From IMG/VR virus record IMGVR_UViG_3300013121_000016, positions 39,170 to 103,169 of that record: DNA of 64,000 bases. One strand, 5' to 3'. Shown in pieces: positions 1 to 9,472 of the stretch. The notes beneath the pieces are model-generated. The model searched no databases. It was not told the DNA's origin and saw nothing but the letters and a program-made list of their open reading frames with translations. Source of the stretch: a virus. Its lineage: Duplodnaviria > Caudoviricetes. The position numbers and the translations under genes are program-made. The number at the start of each line of letters is the position of its first letter. Position 1 is the first letter of the stretch.

Positions 1-2
1 AG

Positions 3-116
3 GAGGATAAGACTATTATTATTGCGCCTTTTATTAGGCAAGCACTCAATTCTTTTAGGAATAATTCTAACTATGAGTTTATATTTACCTTTTCACTCGA
101 CGGCTCCACTGATTAA
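3..116 (+). CDS. 3' end of a gene truncated by the window edge (hypothetical)
   Basis: Open frame from the window start, EDKTIIIAPFIRQALNSFRNNSNYEFIFTFSLDGSTD, ending TAA 114-116 and overlapping the next start. Confidence 0.5.
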   Translation, partial: EDKTIIIAPFIRQALNSFRNNSNYEFIFTFSLDGSTD

Positions 117-522
117 GCAGACGGCTACTTTAACTGATATTCCGAAGCATATTGTTGAGGATGTAGTATTACATCAGTTTGCGTGGCTCAAGCAGAACCT
201 AGAGTTTCCTACGGCCACTGAGATTAAGCTGCTTCGGTTAGGCACTTTTTCCTTGCATAAAAGGATTACGTATGAAAATATTTCTAAGATAATTTCTCGC
301 TTAAAGAGGAAAGATTCGTATCTTTACACTAATTCTAATGAAGAGAAGTTAACTAAGCTTCTCAATAACTTATTATTACTTCGACACTATGCAAAAAAGT
401 CAAAAAGGTCCCGCGAAGGCTTCTTCGGTCTCCCAAGAAAATCTTCAGCAACTAATTCAATCTCAGATGATTCAGCAGCAGATGCAACATCAGAACCATC
501 AGCTCCATCTGGACACTCTTAA
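73..522 (+). CDS. HU/IHF-like DNA-binding protein
   Basis: ATG at 73; LIKQTATLTDIPKHIVEDVVLHQF...EIKLLRLGTFSL resembles the HU/IHF helix pair plus GxF beta-arm; such genes are common in crAss-like late modules. Confidence 0.55.
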   Translation: MSLYLPFHSTAPLIKQTATLTDIPKHIVEDVVLHQFAWLKQNLEFPTATEIKLLRLGTFSLHKRITYENISKIISRLKRKDSYLYTNSNEEKLTKLLNNLLLLRHYAKKSKRSREGFFGLPRKSSATNSISDDSAADATSEPSAPSGHS

Positions 523-670
523 AACTCTTACGGAGCTCTTCACTGCCACTAAGCCCGCCTCCTCGACTGAGGCAATTTCTCCACTTAATGAGAAGGTAGC
601 GACCGCTCTAGATCATCTCCTCAAACCGTTCCTTCCTCAAGAAAACGAAATCACTGATGACACTATCTAA
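389..670 (+). CDS. hypothetical protein, Gln-rich
   Basis: 93-aa ORF, overlaps both neighbours, TAA stop. Confidence 0.6.
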   Translation: MQKSQKGPAKASSVSQENLQQLIQSQMIQQQMQHQNHQLHLDTLKTLTELFTATKPASSTEAISPLNEKVATALDHLLKPFLPQENEITDDTI

Positions 671-1046
671 TATTACTCTTACTGGAGACAGGGTACTCAT
701 CGCACTAGATGAGCATCCTACTCACACTGTTACTAAAGGGAATATAGTTGTGCCGCGTTTTGAGCAAGGAGTCACAGAAGGAGGTAAGCCTCGATCTGAT
801 TTAGATTCGAGAAAACACCTCTCAGTAGGGACAGTGGTCGCTATTTCGCCCTTAGCGTCCAAGCGAATGTCTGAGGAAGAGACTCCCCTCCGCCCTGGAG
901 ACAGGGTTTACATATCGGCTACGGCTAATAATATCTCATACCAATTTATATCTGATCGTTCGCGCTTAGTCGTGGACTTTGACGGCCTGATCGCCGTGCC
1001 TCATAATTATATTGAGGCAATTGTAAATACACCAACCAATGGCTAA
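657..1046 (+). CDS. groES: GroES/Cpn10-like co-chaperonin
   Basis: LTGDRVLI, TKGNIVVP mobile-loop-like segment, GTVVAI, LRPGDRVY; GroEL lies 2.1 kb downstream. Confidence 0.75.
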   Translation: MTLSNITLTGDRVLIALDEHPTHTVTKGNIVVPRFEQGVTEGGKPRSDLDSRKHLSVGTVVAISPLASKRMSEEETPLRPGDRVYISATANNISYQFISDRSRLVVDFDGLIAVPHNYIEAIVNTPTNG

Positions 1047-1353
1047 TAAAGCTCTCAGTGCTGCACAACTTCAAAAGCAAGTTGCAGACCTTCAGGCAGC
1101 TCTTGCGTCTTCAGAGAAATTGGCTGCCGATCGCGGCCGTCTTCTCGAATACGTTGCTAATCTTTTACTTGAGATTCAAAACAAGTTCTCTAACTCCCCT
1201 GTTCTTACAAATCTGCCCAAGAAAGTTAACTTTTGGTGGCTCCTTACGAACTGGCGTGCAGTCTTAGAGTTCATCGAGTTTGTAGTTCTCAAGATTAAAG
1301 AGTTCATCAAGAATGTAAAAGTTCAGCCTAATCCAGATGCTGCTGCTCAATAA
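1039..1353 (+). CDS. hypothetical protein (N-terminal coiled coil, C-terminal amphipathic/hydrophobic segment)
   Basis: 104-aa ORF coupled to neighbours; FWWLLTNWRAVLEFIEFVVL segment. Confidence 0.7.
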   Translation: MANKALSAAQLQKQVADLQAALASSEKLAADRGRLLEYVANLLLEIQNKFSNSPVLTNLPKKVNFWWLLTNWRAVLEFIEFVVLKIKEFIKNVKVQPNPDAAAQ

Positions 1354-1840
1354 TTTTGATCCGTTCGAAGATTTCTGGGCCACAAACCCGCAGCTAAGAA
1401 TCCTCTTTAAGGAGGAGTACGATGCGAAAGTTCCATCTTCTCAGATGTGGGCTGTGGCTCTCTTCGTCCATCCATCTTCTAAGCTTTTCAATGAATCGCC
1501 GGAGAACCGCAAAAAACTTATTCTAAGTGATTATCTTAATGATCCTTCTTTTGATTTTGATTCGCTTTCTCCAACAATTGATAAGTTTAAAAGACTAGTG
1601 CTCACGAAGGCGGAGCTTCTTCTCTCTAATTGGGAGAAAAGAATGTATGATCGCGAAGCCTTCCTAGACTCGGTTCCTTACTCGCCAGACACTTTCGACA
1701 TGATCGAAAAGATGGTTAAGGAAACTCCTAAACTCTGGCAAAACCTCTTTCAAATTCAGACTGCTCTGTCAAAAGAGCAAGATACTAAGGTTGAAGGAGA
1801 TATTGAGGAGTCACTTTCTGAGAAAGGACTTCTCGACTAA
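1337..1840 (+). CDS. hypothetical helical phage protein
   Basis: 167-aa ORF; its TAA stop immediately abuts the tmRNA 5' end. Confidence 0.7.
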   Translation: MLLLNNFDPFEDFWATNPQLRILFKEEYDAKVPSSQMWAVALFVHPSSKLFNESPENRKKLILSDYLNDPSFDFDSLSPTIDKFKRLVLTKAELLLSNWEKRMYDREAFLDSVPYSPDTFDMIEKMVKETPKLWQNLFQIQTALSKEQDTKVEGDIEESLSEKGLLD

Positions 1841-2085
1841 GGGCCTGATCCTGGACATCTTTGGTTAGTTGTAATCTTTAAATGACGAATCGCTTTCTTT
1901 TGCTGCCTCAATCCCCTCGTGGGCCGTGACTTACATCCAGGCAGCTCCGCTCACCTCTACAGCGGATGACCAAGTAGAGGCACCCGAACTCCTCGAAGTT
2001 TTAGTATAGTCATTACCCTTTACACCTTACTAGCTTAATCGCCCTCTAATCAAACACGCGGGTTCGACTCCCGCCAGGTCCACCA
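1841..2085 (+). ncRNA. ssrA: tmRNA (ssrA-like), compact, 245 nt
   Basis: Acceptor stem GGGCCTG (1841-1847) / CAGGTCC (2075-2081) with G3:U70 Ala identity pair and ACCA 3' end; no D-stem; helix 2 TTTGGTTAG (1860-1868) / CTAATCAAA (2046-2054); T-arm GCGGG-TTCGACT-CCCGC; resume-like TAAAT|GAC at 1879-1886 opening DESLSFAA... Confidence 0.85.
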
Positions 2086-2102
2086 AAAGCTTGCCAGCTA
2101 TA

Positions 2103-2131
2103 GGGGGAGATTGATTAACGATCGCTCCCCC
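2103..2131 (+). other. stem-loop downstream of the tmRNA
   Basis: GGGGGAG...CTCCCCC inverted repeat; may be a processing or termination signal. Confidence 0.4.
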
Positions 2132-2165
2132 AAAGAATAACCGTTCACTTTTAAATTTTTTGCTT

Positions 2166-2267
2166 ATGTCCTACATTCAGGGGGTTTTCAACCACTGTGC
2201 ACCGACGTGTCTGCTCAACGATCATCGCCGCGATGTCCCCCAGCAGCCACCCGGTAGTCGGGTCTAA
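2166..2267 (+). CDS. possible 33-aa small protein
   Basis: ATG after an AT-rich leader (tttaaattttttgctt); MSYIQGVFNHCAPTCLLNDHRRDVPQQPPGSRV-TAA. Confidence 0.3.
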   Translation: MSYIQGVFNHCAPTCLLNDHRRDVPQQPPGSRV

Positions 2268-2354
2268 CCTTTAATCCGCTTCAAGGCTTTGGCAGATCAA
2301 AAAGTTGATCGCTTTACGGGGTAAGGGCGCTGTAATAGTGCCCTGCCCCACTAT

Positions 2355-2428
2355 AGGGTGGTAGTTCAATAGAGTTAGAATGACGGTCTTCAAAACCGTA
2401 GATGAGGGTTCGAGTCCCTACTGCCCTG
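2355..2428 (+). tRNA. opal (UGA) suppressor tRNA-Trp, anticodon UCA
   Basis: Cloverleaf: acceptor AGGGTGG/CTGCCCT, D-arm GTTC..GAAT, anticodon arm ACGGT-CT[TCA]AA-ACCGT (anticodon 2390-2392), short variable loop, T-loop TTCGAGT, discriminator G; body resembles bacterial tRNA-Trp; CCA not encoded. Confidence 0.93.
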
Positions 2429-2445
2429 CTAATTTAAACTTTGCT

Positions 2446-2727
2446 ATGGAAAACACTTGGTACAGATTTCCAATTACTGTCGTTTCTCAACAAGACTACG
2501 AGCTTTATGGTAACCAACCACCGGCTGACGCCTCTATGCGGTCGTACGTAGACTTTAGACTTGACTCAATCGTAGGCCTCAGAGCTTACTTTGAAGATGA
2601 CGGCACGGTCACTGGAACACAAATTTACACGACAGCTGGAACTGATTTTGCTGTCGATCTCAAACCATCCGAGGTACGCAAGATTCTCGGATACACACCT
2701 ATAAATAAAGAAGAACATGGAAACTAA
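2446..2727 (+). CDS. hypothetical protein
   Basis: Start moved to ATG 2446 (MENTWYRF) because the track start at 2380 lies inside the tRNA. Confidence 0.7.
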   Translation: MENTWYRFPITVVSQQDYELYGNQPPADASMRSYVDFRLDSIVGLRAYFEDDGTVTGTQIYTTAGTDFAVDLKPSEVRKILGYTPINKEEHGN

Positions 2728-2962
2728 TTATATTGAAACAGATGGAACCGTCTCAACATCTACAATGCTGAGTCATGCCATCCCTATGGCGGATTGTCCT
2801 TGTAAGAAAGAGTATGTAGAGCGCAAACAGGAACATCGCGTATCTCTATACGCCATATCAGATATGGACCCAATAAAGATTACGCAAGACTTTTCTAAAA
2901 TTATTGAGTACATACAGACACTCGGATTCAAGACGACAGGAGTCGAATTAACTCGTTGGTAA
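2717..2962 (+). CDS. hypothetical protein
   Basis: 81-aa ORF overlapping neighbours in operon fashion. Confidence 0.6.
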   Translation: METNYIETDGTVSTSTMLSHAIPMADCPCKKEYVERKQEHRVSLYAISDMDPIKITQDFSKIIEYIQTLGFKTTGVELTRW

Positions 2963-3204
2963 TGGAAATCACTATTTATTTTGAAGCTATTGATGAGGAC
3001 ACTCTTGGTAATGGGCGCACGATGGTAGCCATCGACGTTCCCTTGGCAAGGAACGTCGAGGACTTCGACAAAGTACTTGACTCTCAATTCTCAAACTTCA
3101 AGATGCGCCTCCTTACCGAGCTCTATAAAAAGTACCCCCACTACTGGCATAAGAATTCACCGATCGAACACGATAAATTAAAATCACTAGAAACGAATGG
3201 CTAG
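2956..3204 (+). CDS. hypothetical protein
   Basis: ORF coupled to groEL; the likely start is ATG 2962 (TAATG overlap). Confidence 0.6.
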   Translation: MVMEITIYFEAIDEDTLGNGRTMVAIDVPLARNVEDFDKVLDSQFSNFKMRLLTELYKKYPHYWHKNSPIEHDKLKSLETNG

Positions 3205-4810
3205 AAAAGTCATATCAGGACAAGAACTACAGGACGGATTATCAAGAGGAGTCGACATCCTTGCCGACGCTGTAGGTTCAACCCTGGGCCCACTGGGCCG
3301 AAACGCTATTATTGAGACTCCTTACGGAGCGACTACCGTGACTAAGGATGGAGTGACAGTGGCTGAGCTTATTGATCTTGAAGATCCTATCGAGAACCTT
3401 GCTGCTCAGATCCTTAAGCAAGCTGCACAGCGAACAGCCAAGGTTGCCGGAGACGGCACGACCTCTGCTACAATTATTGCGCAAACTCTCTATCAAGAAG
3501 CCCGCAAGCTTATTACGTCTGGAGTAGCTCCGATTCACATCAAACAGAGCTTCGAGCGGTTCCTAACCCAAGTTATTCCGCTCATCAGAGATAAGTCTTT
3601 AGAGGTCTCTACCAAAGAGGATATCTATCAGATTGCTCTCATCTCAGCTAATAATGATGCGCATATTGCCAGTCTTATTGCTCAGGCAATGGAATATGTT
3701 GGAAAGGATGGGACTATTACATTAGAGGAGTCAAAGACTGGGACCACTGAAGTTACACTTGTTGATGGTTACGCTTTCGAGCGTCCTTACGCGTCTCCCT
3801 ATTTTGTTACTAATCCTGCGAAAGGCGAAGTAGAATTGGATAACCCACTCATTTTCATTACAGATAAGAAGCTTCGCTACACGCAAGAGATTATTCCTAT
3901 CCTGGAACTTGCTCACGCCAATTCTCGTCCACTGCTGATTATTGCTGATGATATTGAAGGCCAAGTCTTACAGACCTTAGCAATCAACAAGATCTCCGGG
4001 ACTATTAAAGTATCAGCCTGCCGTGCACCTTCGTATGGTGAGAATCGTCTTCAAGTCTTACAGGATATTGCAGCGCACACTTCTGCTACTGTTATCTCAG
4101 AGTCTTCGGGCCAGCGCATTGAAGACACTACTTTTGAACAACTAGGCGAAGCTGCTAAAGTTCGTTCAACTCGTAACGAAACTATTATTATTGATGGAGC
4201 TAAAGATGAAGCACGTACTGAAGAGCGCGCAGAGCAAATCAGACTTGCTCTTAAAGACTACACCGGTGACTCTTATTACCACAAGCAATTACAAACACGC
4301 CTCTCGAAACTCACAGCCAAAGTGGCTATCCTACATGTTGGAGCAGCAACGGAAACTGAACTCAAAGAGAAGAAGGCGCGAGTTGATGATGCACTCCGAG
4401 CTACGACGTGCGCTGTCCAAAAAGGATATGTTGTAGGTGGTGGTACTCTTCTTGCTAAACTTTCAAAACAATTTGCAAATGAAAACGACATCATATCGAC
4501 AGTTTTCGCCAGAGCTCTTTCGGCGCCGCTTCGCAGAATTGCTCAAAACGCTGGCACATCCCCGGATCTCGTCCTTGCGAAAGTACTTGAGGAAAAGAAT
4601 GAGTTTTATGGCTACAACGCGTTAACTAACGAGTATACTGACCTAATTGTTGCCGGGATCATTGATCCTACCCTGGTCGTTGAACAAGCACTACTTAACG
4701 CAGTCTCCGCTGCAAACATGCTAATTCTATCTGCTACTGGTATCTACAACATAGACCGCACGCCGCCCTACTCTCCCGGTAATTTAGGAGACTTTCAGTC
4801 AGAAGAATAA
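3197..4810 (+). CDS. groEL: chaperonin GroEL (Cpn60), phage-encoded
   Basis: TLGPLGRN, VTKDGVTVA, AGDGTTSAT, ISANND, VGAATETELKEKKARVDDAL, GIIDP motifs; no GGM tail. Confidence 0.97.
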   Translation: MARKVISGQELQDGLSRGVDILADAVGSTLGPLGRNAIIETPYGATTVTKDGVTVAELIDLEDPIENLAAQILKQAAQRTAKVAGDGTTSATIIAQTLYQEARKLITSGVAPIHIKQSFERFLTQVIPLIRDKSLEVSTKEDIYQIALISANNDAHIASLIAQAMEYVGKDGTITLEESKTGTTEVTLVDGYAFERPYASPYFVTNPAKGEVELDNPLIFITDKKLRYTQEIIPILELAHANSRPLLIIADDIEGQVLQTLAINKISGTIKVSACRAPSYGENRLQVLQDIAAHTSATVISESSGQRIEDTTFEQLGEAAKVRSTRNETIIIDGAKDEARTEERAEQIRLALKDYTGDSYYHKQLQTRLSKLTAKVAILHVGAATETELKEKKARVDDALRATTCAVQKGYVVGGGTLLAKLSKQFANENDIISTVFARALSAPLRRIAQNAGTSPDLVLAKVLEEKNEFYGYNALTNEYTDLIVAGIIDPTLVVEQALLNAVSAANMLILSATGIYNIDRTPPYSPGNLGDFQSEE

Positions 4811-7050
4811 TGATTTTACCTTCTAATCCTAAAGATTTCTTACTTAAAGAAATTCCAGATTTCCATCCTCTTTCTGCATCTTGGGCTGCTTTCTGAAGAG
4901 AGCAGTATCGATACTGCAAGGAGGGCTATTGGGTGGGTGGCACTTGAATGCCGCCTGCCCTTTACTATTATGCGAACTTTGGAACTATTAAGAAGAACAT
5001 AAAGTTTTCCTCAGCCAAAGTTTACGATCGACCAGACCTTCGAGATCTGGAATGGGACCTCTTCTATCACTACAGTGAAGCAAGAGGTTTTTCTGGTTTT
5101 AAGTATGATGACGTTTATTCGTCACACAGGATACTACTTGATCCTGACGTAACTGACGATTTTTTACTTCTTAATCTTCCTGAGACACTTAATTCTAAGG
5201 GAGAACGTAAGACATATGTGCCTGCGCGAGATTACATGCGCAAGCTACATCCCACCGCTCTTGGCCCACCGCTCTTTGACAACGAGAAGAAGAACCTTAT
5301 GCTTCTCGGCTCTCGTGACTTAGGTAAGTCGTTTGCTGTCGGTGTAGGGATGGTTGGTCACATGTTCCTCTTTCCGCCCGCTGCCAATCACACCAAACGT
5401 ATTCCTACTGAGGTTCTAGTTGGAGCATCTATTTCTGACAAGTCTCGAGATCTTCTAAAGAAGACTAAAGACTCTTTTGACTTCCTTCCGGGTAAGCGCA
5501 CTATCTCTGGTCGCACTTACCCTTCGCCATTTTATAAGCAGTACTCTGGCTCTTGGTCAGTAAACTCGGATATAAAGGCTGAATATAAGAAGAAAGTGGA
5601 TGGTCGTTGGGATACTGTTGGTAGTCGTGCTGTTATTAAACACAGGTCCTTCAACGAGAATCCGTTTGCTGCTCAAGGTACCCGCCCCGACCTTATGGTC
5701 ATTGAAGAAGCAGGTATGGCTCCCGAGCTTAAAGACATTTATGTTCACTCAGTGGATGCTCTTCGTCGCGGTCTTACCAAGACTGGTACTCTCCTTGTAC
5801 TTGGTACTGGTGGTGACATGGCTAAAGGTACACTTCCAGCCTCTGAAATGTTTTACGAGCCTGAGAAGTACGACTTCCTGGCTTTTGAAGACATTTATGA
5901 GCAGCGCGGCAAGATATGTTACTTCATACCAGCCTACTATTCGCTTGATGAATTCCGTAACGCTAATGGATATGTTGATGTAGAGAAGGCGACTAAGAAA
6001 CTTCTCAATGTACGTAAGCTCAAAGGAGGCGACTCGGGTGCGTCTACGGCACTCGATATGGAAATGCAGTATCGTCCTTTGGTGCCGTCAGAGATGTTCC
6101 TATCTAAGACAGCAAACATCTTTCCTTTTGCGGAATTGCGTCGCCGCCTCTCGGAAATACAAGCTACCTCTACTTACGAGAAACTAGAAAAAAAGGTAGA
6201 TCTGTTCTTCGATCCGTCGGCCAAGTCCTACAACGGAGTATCTTACGAGATTAACGATAGACTTAATCCAATTACTACGTTTCCTTATGATGGAGACGAT
6301 AGAGAAGGAGCTGTTGTTATTTACGAGTTCCCACAGCTTATCGACGATAAAGTACCGCAAGACGCCTACATTATTGGTTGTGACCCGTATAAAGATGATA
6401 CACAGGAAGGCCAATCGCTCGCCGCAATTTACGTCGTAAAAACCTCGAAGTACTTCTCCACTATCGGTCACGATGAGATAGTTGCTTCATATATAGGACG
6501 CCCATACATGGGTAAAGTGATTGTGAATGAGATACTTCACAAGCTGTCACTATTTTACGGCAACGCCAAGATTTACTTCGAGAACTCAGTGGGTAATGTC
6601 AAAGATTACTTTGAGCGCGTTACGCGCCTAGACTTACTTGCAACACAGCCCACGACTCTTTTCAACAAGAAGGCTTCCTACAACACTTCTCCGACACTTA
6701 TTTACGGTTATCCCATGCCCAATCAACGAGTTAAGTGGGAGGCGCTCCAGTACTTGCGTACGTGGCTTCTTACCGACCGAGGTGATGGTAAGCGCAATTT
6801 AGATCTCATATCTGACCCAGCGCTTCTTCAAGAGCTAATCTCCTTTAACCTTGACGGCAACTTCGATAGGGTGATGGGCTTGGTGGGTTGCGTTATTGGA
6901 CTGGAGGAAACCTTCAACCACACAAAACGATCACAGGAGCGAGAAGTATACTCTTCAGCTCTTGATTTAGAGATAATATCAAAGCTTACAAATAACAAAG
7001 CTTTATTCTATGAAAACTTTCCCAAAGCAAAGACTTCCATATTCGCATAA
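4810..7050 (+). CDS. terL: terminase large subunit, 746 aa with 2 TGA=Trp
   Basis: ATG 4810 overlaps the groEL TAA; in-frame TGA at 4894 and 4945 give AAF[W]REQ...EGYWVGGT[W]MPP; Walker A-like GSRDLGKS, Walker B MVIEEAG, LGTGG, RNase H-type YIIGCDPY and NFDRV. Confidence 0.92.
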
Positions 7051-9415
7051 GATAGCAAAGGATTACAAGTGGGCTAAGGAAGTGATGAACCATCTACTCG
7101 AGAATTTCACACTAGACTCCACTGCTGTAAACGCTTTCCAGACCGATTACCATAGGAAGCTTTCTAACTACCAACTTTACAATAATCAAATTAATCAAAA
7201 GGACTTCGAGCGTGAATGCAATCCACTAGGACTAGAGGTCGGTCAGATCGCTGACGAAATACAGCCTTATAATAAAGGTAACAACAAGATTCAGGTCATC
7301 CTTGGTGAGGAACTCCGTCGCCCATTCAACTTCCGTACTATCTTAGTTAATTCAGATGGAATTCGCTCTAAGATGATGTATCGCGACACCCTACTTCGCA
7401 AGTTCGTGGAGGATCAAGTTCAACAGGTGTTGTCATCTCTTTCGCAGATGTACGATCAAGAGAGACTTCAAGAAGAGACAGAGAAGATACTTAACCCCAA
7501 AGAAATAGAACGCTACATGTCGACGTCTTATTTAGATGCGCGTGAGCAGCTGGCAGCTAAAATGCTACGTTATCTTCTTCGTTCCCTCGATATACAAGAT
7601 AAGCGCAATGACGCTTTTAAGCACGGGCTCATCTCTGGTGAAGAGGTTGTCTATGTAAGCGTGCAGAATGAGCAGCCTGTGCTCGAGATTATCAATCCTC
7701 TAGGGTTCTTCTATCACAAGTCTGCTGAGACTAAGTGGATTCAAGACGGACTTTACGCGGGCTTCCGTACTTACCTTTCACCTGCTGAGATCATCGATCG
7801 ATACGGTCAATACCTTTCGGAAAAAGAGCTTAAGGACATTGATTCAGCTCTTTCAGCATTCCACGACTCTGATAACGCAATCTCGCGCTCTATGAATTAT
7901 GGACACGATCAGTTGCTTAAAGTACAGCTAGACCTCACCACGCAAGGTTCTTACTCGGATTCCTCTATCGAGGATTATCTCGTTGAGCACATAGAATGGG
8001 TGTCTCAGCGCCGCATCGGTTTTCTAGAGATCACTTCTCCAGACTCCGAGCCAGTGACTGATATGGTGTCAGAAGACTTTCCAATTCCTACTTACGCCAC
8101 ATCTCGCACCGAGACTAAGGAGTACGGCAAAAAGTGTACTTACATCGAGTGGCTTGACGAGTTAGGCAATGCCTACTCGCTTGAGTGGGGATGAATCCCA
8201 GAAGTATGGGAAGGTGTGCGCATTAACCGTAACATCTATTGCTGCATTGGTCCTAAAAAGGAGCAGTTCCGTTCAACGGACGATCCTTATACAGTTAGAC
8301 TCGGCTACCATGGTCTTGTCTATAATGCGATGAATGCTCCATCTATTGCTATGATGGATCGCATGAAGCCTTTCATCTATCTTTACATGATAGTGATGCA
8401 TAAGCTGAAGCGGCTAATTGCCCAAGATCAAGGTAAGGTGTTCCACTTCGATATATCGATGGTAGATCCTAAGATAGGTCTAGAAAAGACGCTCTACTAC
8501 CTTAAGGAGATGAATCTTGACATCTTTAATCCGCTTCAAAATGCTGACCAGCCCGGTCAAATGCAGCGCGGTAAAGTGTCTTCGTCTACGGATATGTCTA
8601 ACACACAACATATTCTTAATTACGTGTCTTTACTTGCTGCTATCGATCAACAGATCGCTGAGGTTGCAGGTGTGACTCGTCAACGCGAAGGACAGATTTC
8701 CCCTAATGAAGCTGTAACTAATGCTCAGTCTAACGCGCAAATGTCATCTGTAATCACTGAGATTTATTTCTACGCGCACGACCGGCTTTGGGAGAAAGTC
8801 CTCACTTCACTTCTGCAAGTTACACAAGCTGCCTGGAAAGGTAAGTCAATAACCAAGCAGTACGTTCTTGATGATCTTTCCCTAGCTACCCTCGAAATAT
8901 CTGCAGATCAAGAGTTCGAAGAGATAGGAGTGTTTGTTACTAACTCTGGACATGAAGTACAGATGTTCGACGCGCTCAAAGGTATATCTGATGGTCTACT
9001 GAACACCAACCGCGCTACCTTCTCTGATCTTATTGCGCTCTATCAAGCAACTTCTGCCGAAGAACTCAAGGACCTTATTAGACAATCCGAGAAAGAATCC
9101 TTCGATCGCGAAATGCAGAAACAACAGCAGCAGACTGAAGCACAAGCACAGATGCAGCAGCAACAACAAGCTTTCGAGCTTGAGAAACAACAGCGTGAAT
9201 TTGAGCACGACGTTCTCATACACGAGATTGATTCTTTTAAATTCCAGAAAGATCAAGACTCTAATGACAATCAGATACCTGATCAGCTTGAAATTGCGAA
9301 GCTAAAACTGGACGCAGCGACAAAGCAAAAGAAACTTCAACTTGAAGAAAGAGCCCTTGATATCAAGGAGAAAGAAGTCAAATTAAGGGCAAAACAGAGC
9401 TCCACAAAGAAATAG
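7010..9415 (+). CDS. portal protein, 801 aa with 1 TGA=Trp
   Basis: Two track ORFs are in one frame, joined by TGA 8192-8194 (EWG[W]IPEVWEGVRI); follows TerL; crAss-like portal motifs (VLGEELRRPF-like, GVTRQREGQI, Q-rich coiled-coil tail). Confidence 0.9.
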
Positions 9416-9472
9416 AGCTATAGCAAATTTTATTTTTTATAATTTCTACTTACCCAAAAGCACAATCTATAA

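Noticed and set aside
389-522. 134-nt overlap of the first two ORFs as a programmed frameshift
   Set aside because: No convincing slippery site plus structure; the low-complexity tail is explained by run-on into the next gene
1841-2085. tRNA-Ala interrupted by an intron
   Set aside because: No D-stem, a 9-bp helix in place of an anticodon arm, no recognisable group I core, and a tag-like frame with resume context fits tmRNA better
2355-2428. tRNA-Sec / selenocysteine decoding of TGA
   Set aside because: Short variable loop, 7-bp acceptor stem and Trp-like body; TGA contexts fit Trp rather than Cys/Sec; no sel genes in the window
2380-2445. Track start of ORF 2380..2727
   Set aside because: Lies inside the tRNA; ATG 2446 has a typical AT-rich leader
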